6,767 nucleotides of DNA. It comes from Octopus sinensis. Lineage: Eukaryota. The position numbers and the translations under genes were made by a program. Of this stretch, positions 6,190-6,767 are shown one piece after another; the first letter of the stretch is position 1; the number at the start of each line of letters is the position of its first letter. The DNA is taken from NCBI RefSeq assembly GCF_006345805.1, contig NW_021829264.1:1-6767 (forward strand). Reading direction: 5' to 3'. The notes under the pieces were generated by a model that was not told the origin of the DNA, ran no database searches, and worked only from the letters and a program-made list of their open reading frames with translations.

Positions 6190-6767
6190 ATAAAATTTTT
6201 AATGGTAAAAAATTATTGAGAAAACATAAATGTAAGAGTGAAAACGGATGTGGGATTGGGATGTGCTGGAAATAACAGCCAAATCTCCATTGAATCGTGC
6301 AGTTTTCCCTCTGAAAATATTTACATTTTGTTTACCGAAAAGGCTCCTCCCATGGTTTCTAAATTTTAAAAAAATGACCAAAATCTGTCCGGAGTGTAGA
6401 TGGTGAGGAATTTCCAAAATATTTCAACACTTTTTTTTCCAAAAAAAATGCCCCTCATAATTTCGAAGGCTGTGGTGAAATAAAAATGGGGAAAATCCCC
6501 GTGGAAACAGGGTCGTTCCCACTTATTTGGTCTTACTGATCCTAAACTCAGTTCTTTCGTAACTACTGTCCTCACCACATTGGAAAAAGCTTCCCTTCAA
6601 ATTTATAATCATAATCTATTCCGTTTAAACGGTATTTGTATACAATTTCATTAAAATAAATCAATTTTCCTGAAAGTTACGAGGGAAAAATTCGGATCAT
6701 GTGAATTTTGGAAAACTTCTCTCCCGACTACATTGGAAAAATTCTTTTCTATAAATCCCTATATACT
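6190..6767 (-). repeat. Right arm of the long diverged inverted repeat (cut by the window end)
   Basis: The reverse complement aligns collinearly with 5161-5760, and the match continues to within 2 nt of the window end. Confidence 0.85.

Larger units (their letters stand above)
4575..6767. mobile_element. Putative non-autonomous long-inverted-repeat (foldback/MITE-like) DNA element, running past the window end
   Basis: Non-coding, starts at the edge of (TA)n, and contains a ~600-bp diverged inverted repeat plus internal degenerate subrepeats. The left boundary and superfamily are not established. Confidence 0.45.

Noticed and set aside
6078-6578. Three short ORFs as transposase remnants
   Set aside because: No DDE/HUH or other motif recognised. 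They lie in the repeat arm or spacer, and the homologous left arm has no matching ORF in the track.

Overview
AT-rich, microsatellite-dense eukaryotic non-coding DNA made almost entirely of repeats. No intact protein-coding gene is present. The SINE and repeat landscape resemble octopus/cephalopod DNA (from recall, not verified). In order: a possible 37-nt host micro-exon (141-177); two tRNA-derived SINE copies lying tail-to-tail (507-877 +, 886-1264 -); a minus-strand AT-rich segment with a type I hammerhead ribozyme (HHR) motif, probably a Penelope-like pseudo-LTR fragment (1502-1885); a dead CR1/Jockey-group LINE ORF2 fragment whose two catalytic RT motifs are deleted (1886-3065, -); a short SINE/LINE 3' tail (3100-3150); a 2.2-copy head-to-tail array of a 543-544-bp non-coding unit (3281-4493); and a long diverged inverted repeat (5161-5760 vs 6190-6767+) around a 2x115-bp duplication. 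The 543-bp array is the main result. Each full unit carries one HHR motif, the array sits in (TA)n with a target-site-duplication-like flank, and its 5' junction contains inverted and duplicated pieces. It looks like a retrozyme or Penelope-type circular-RNA retroelement. All structure calls were made by eye.
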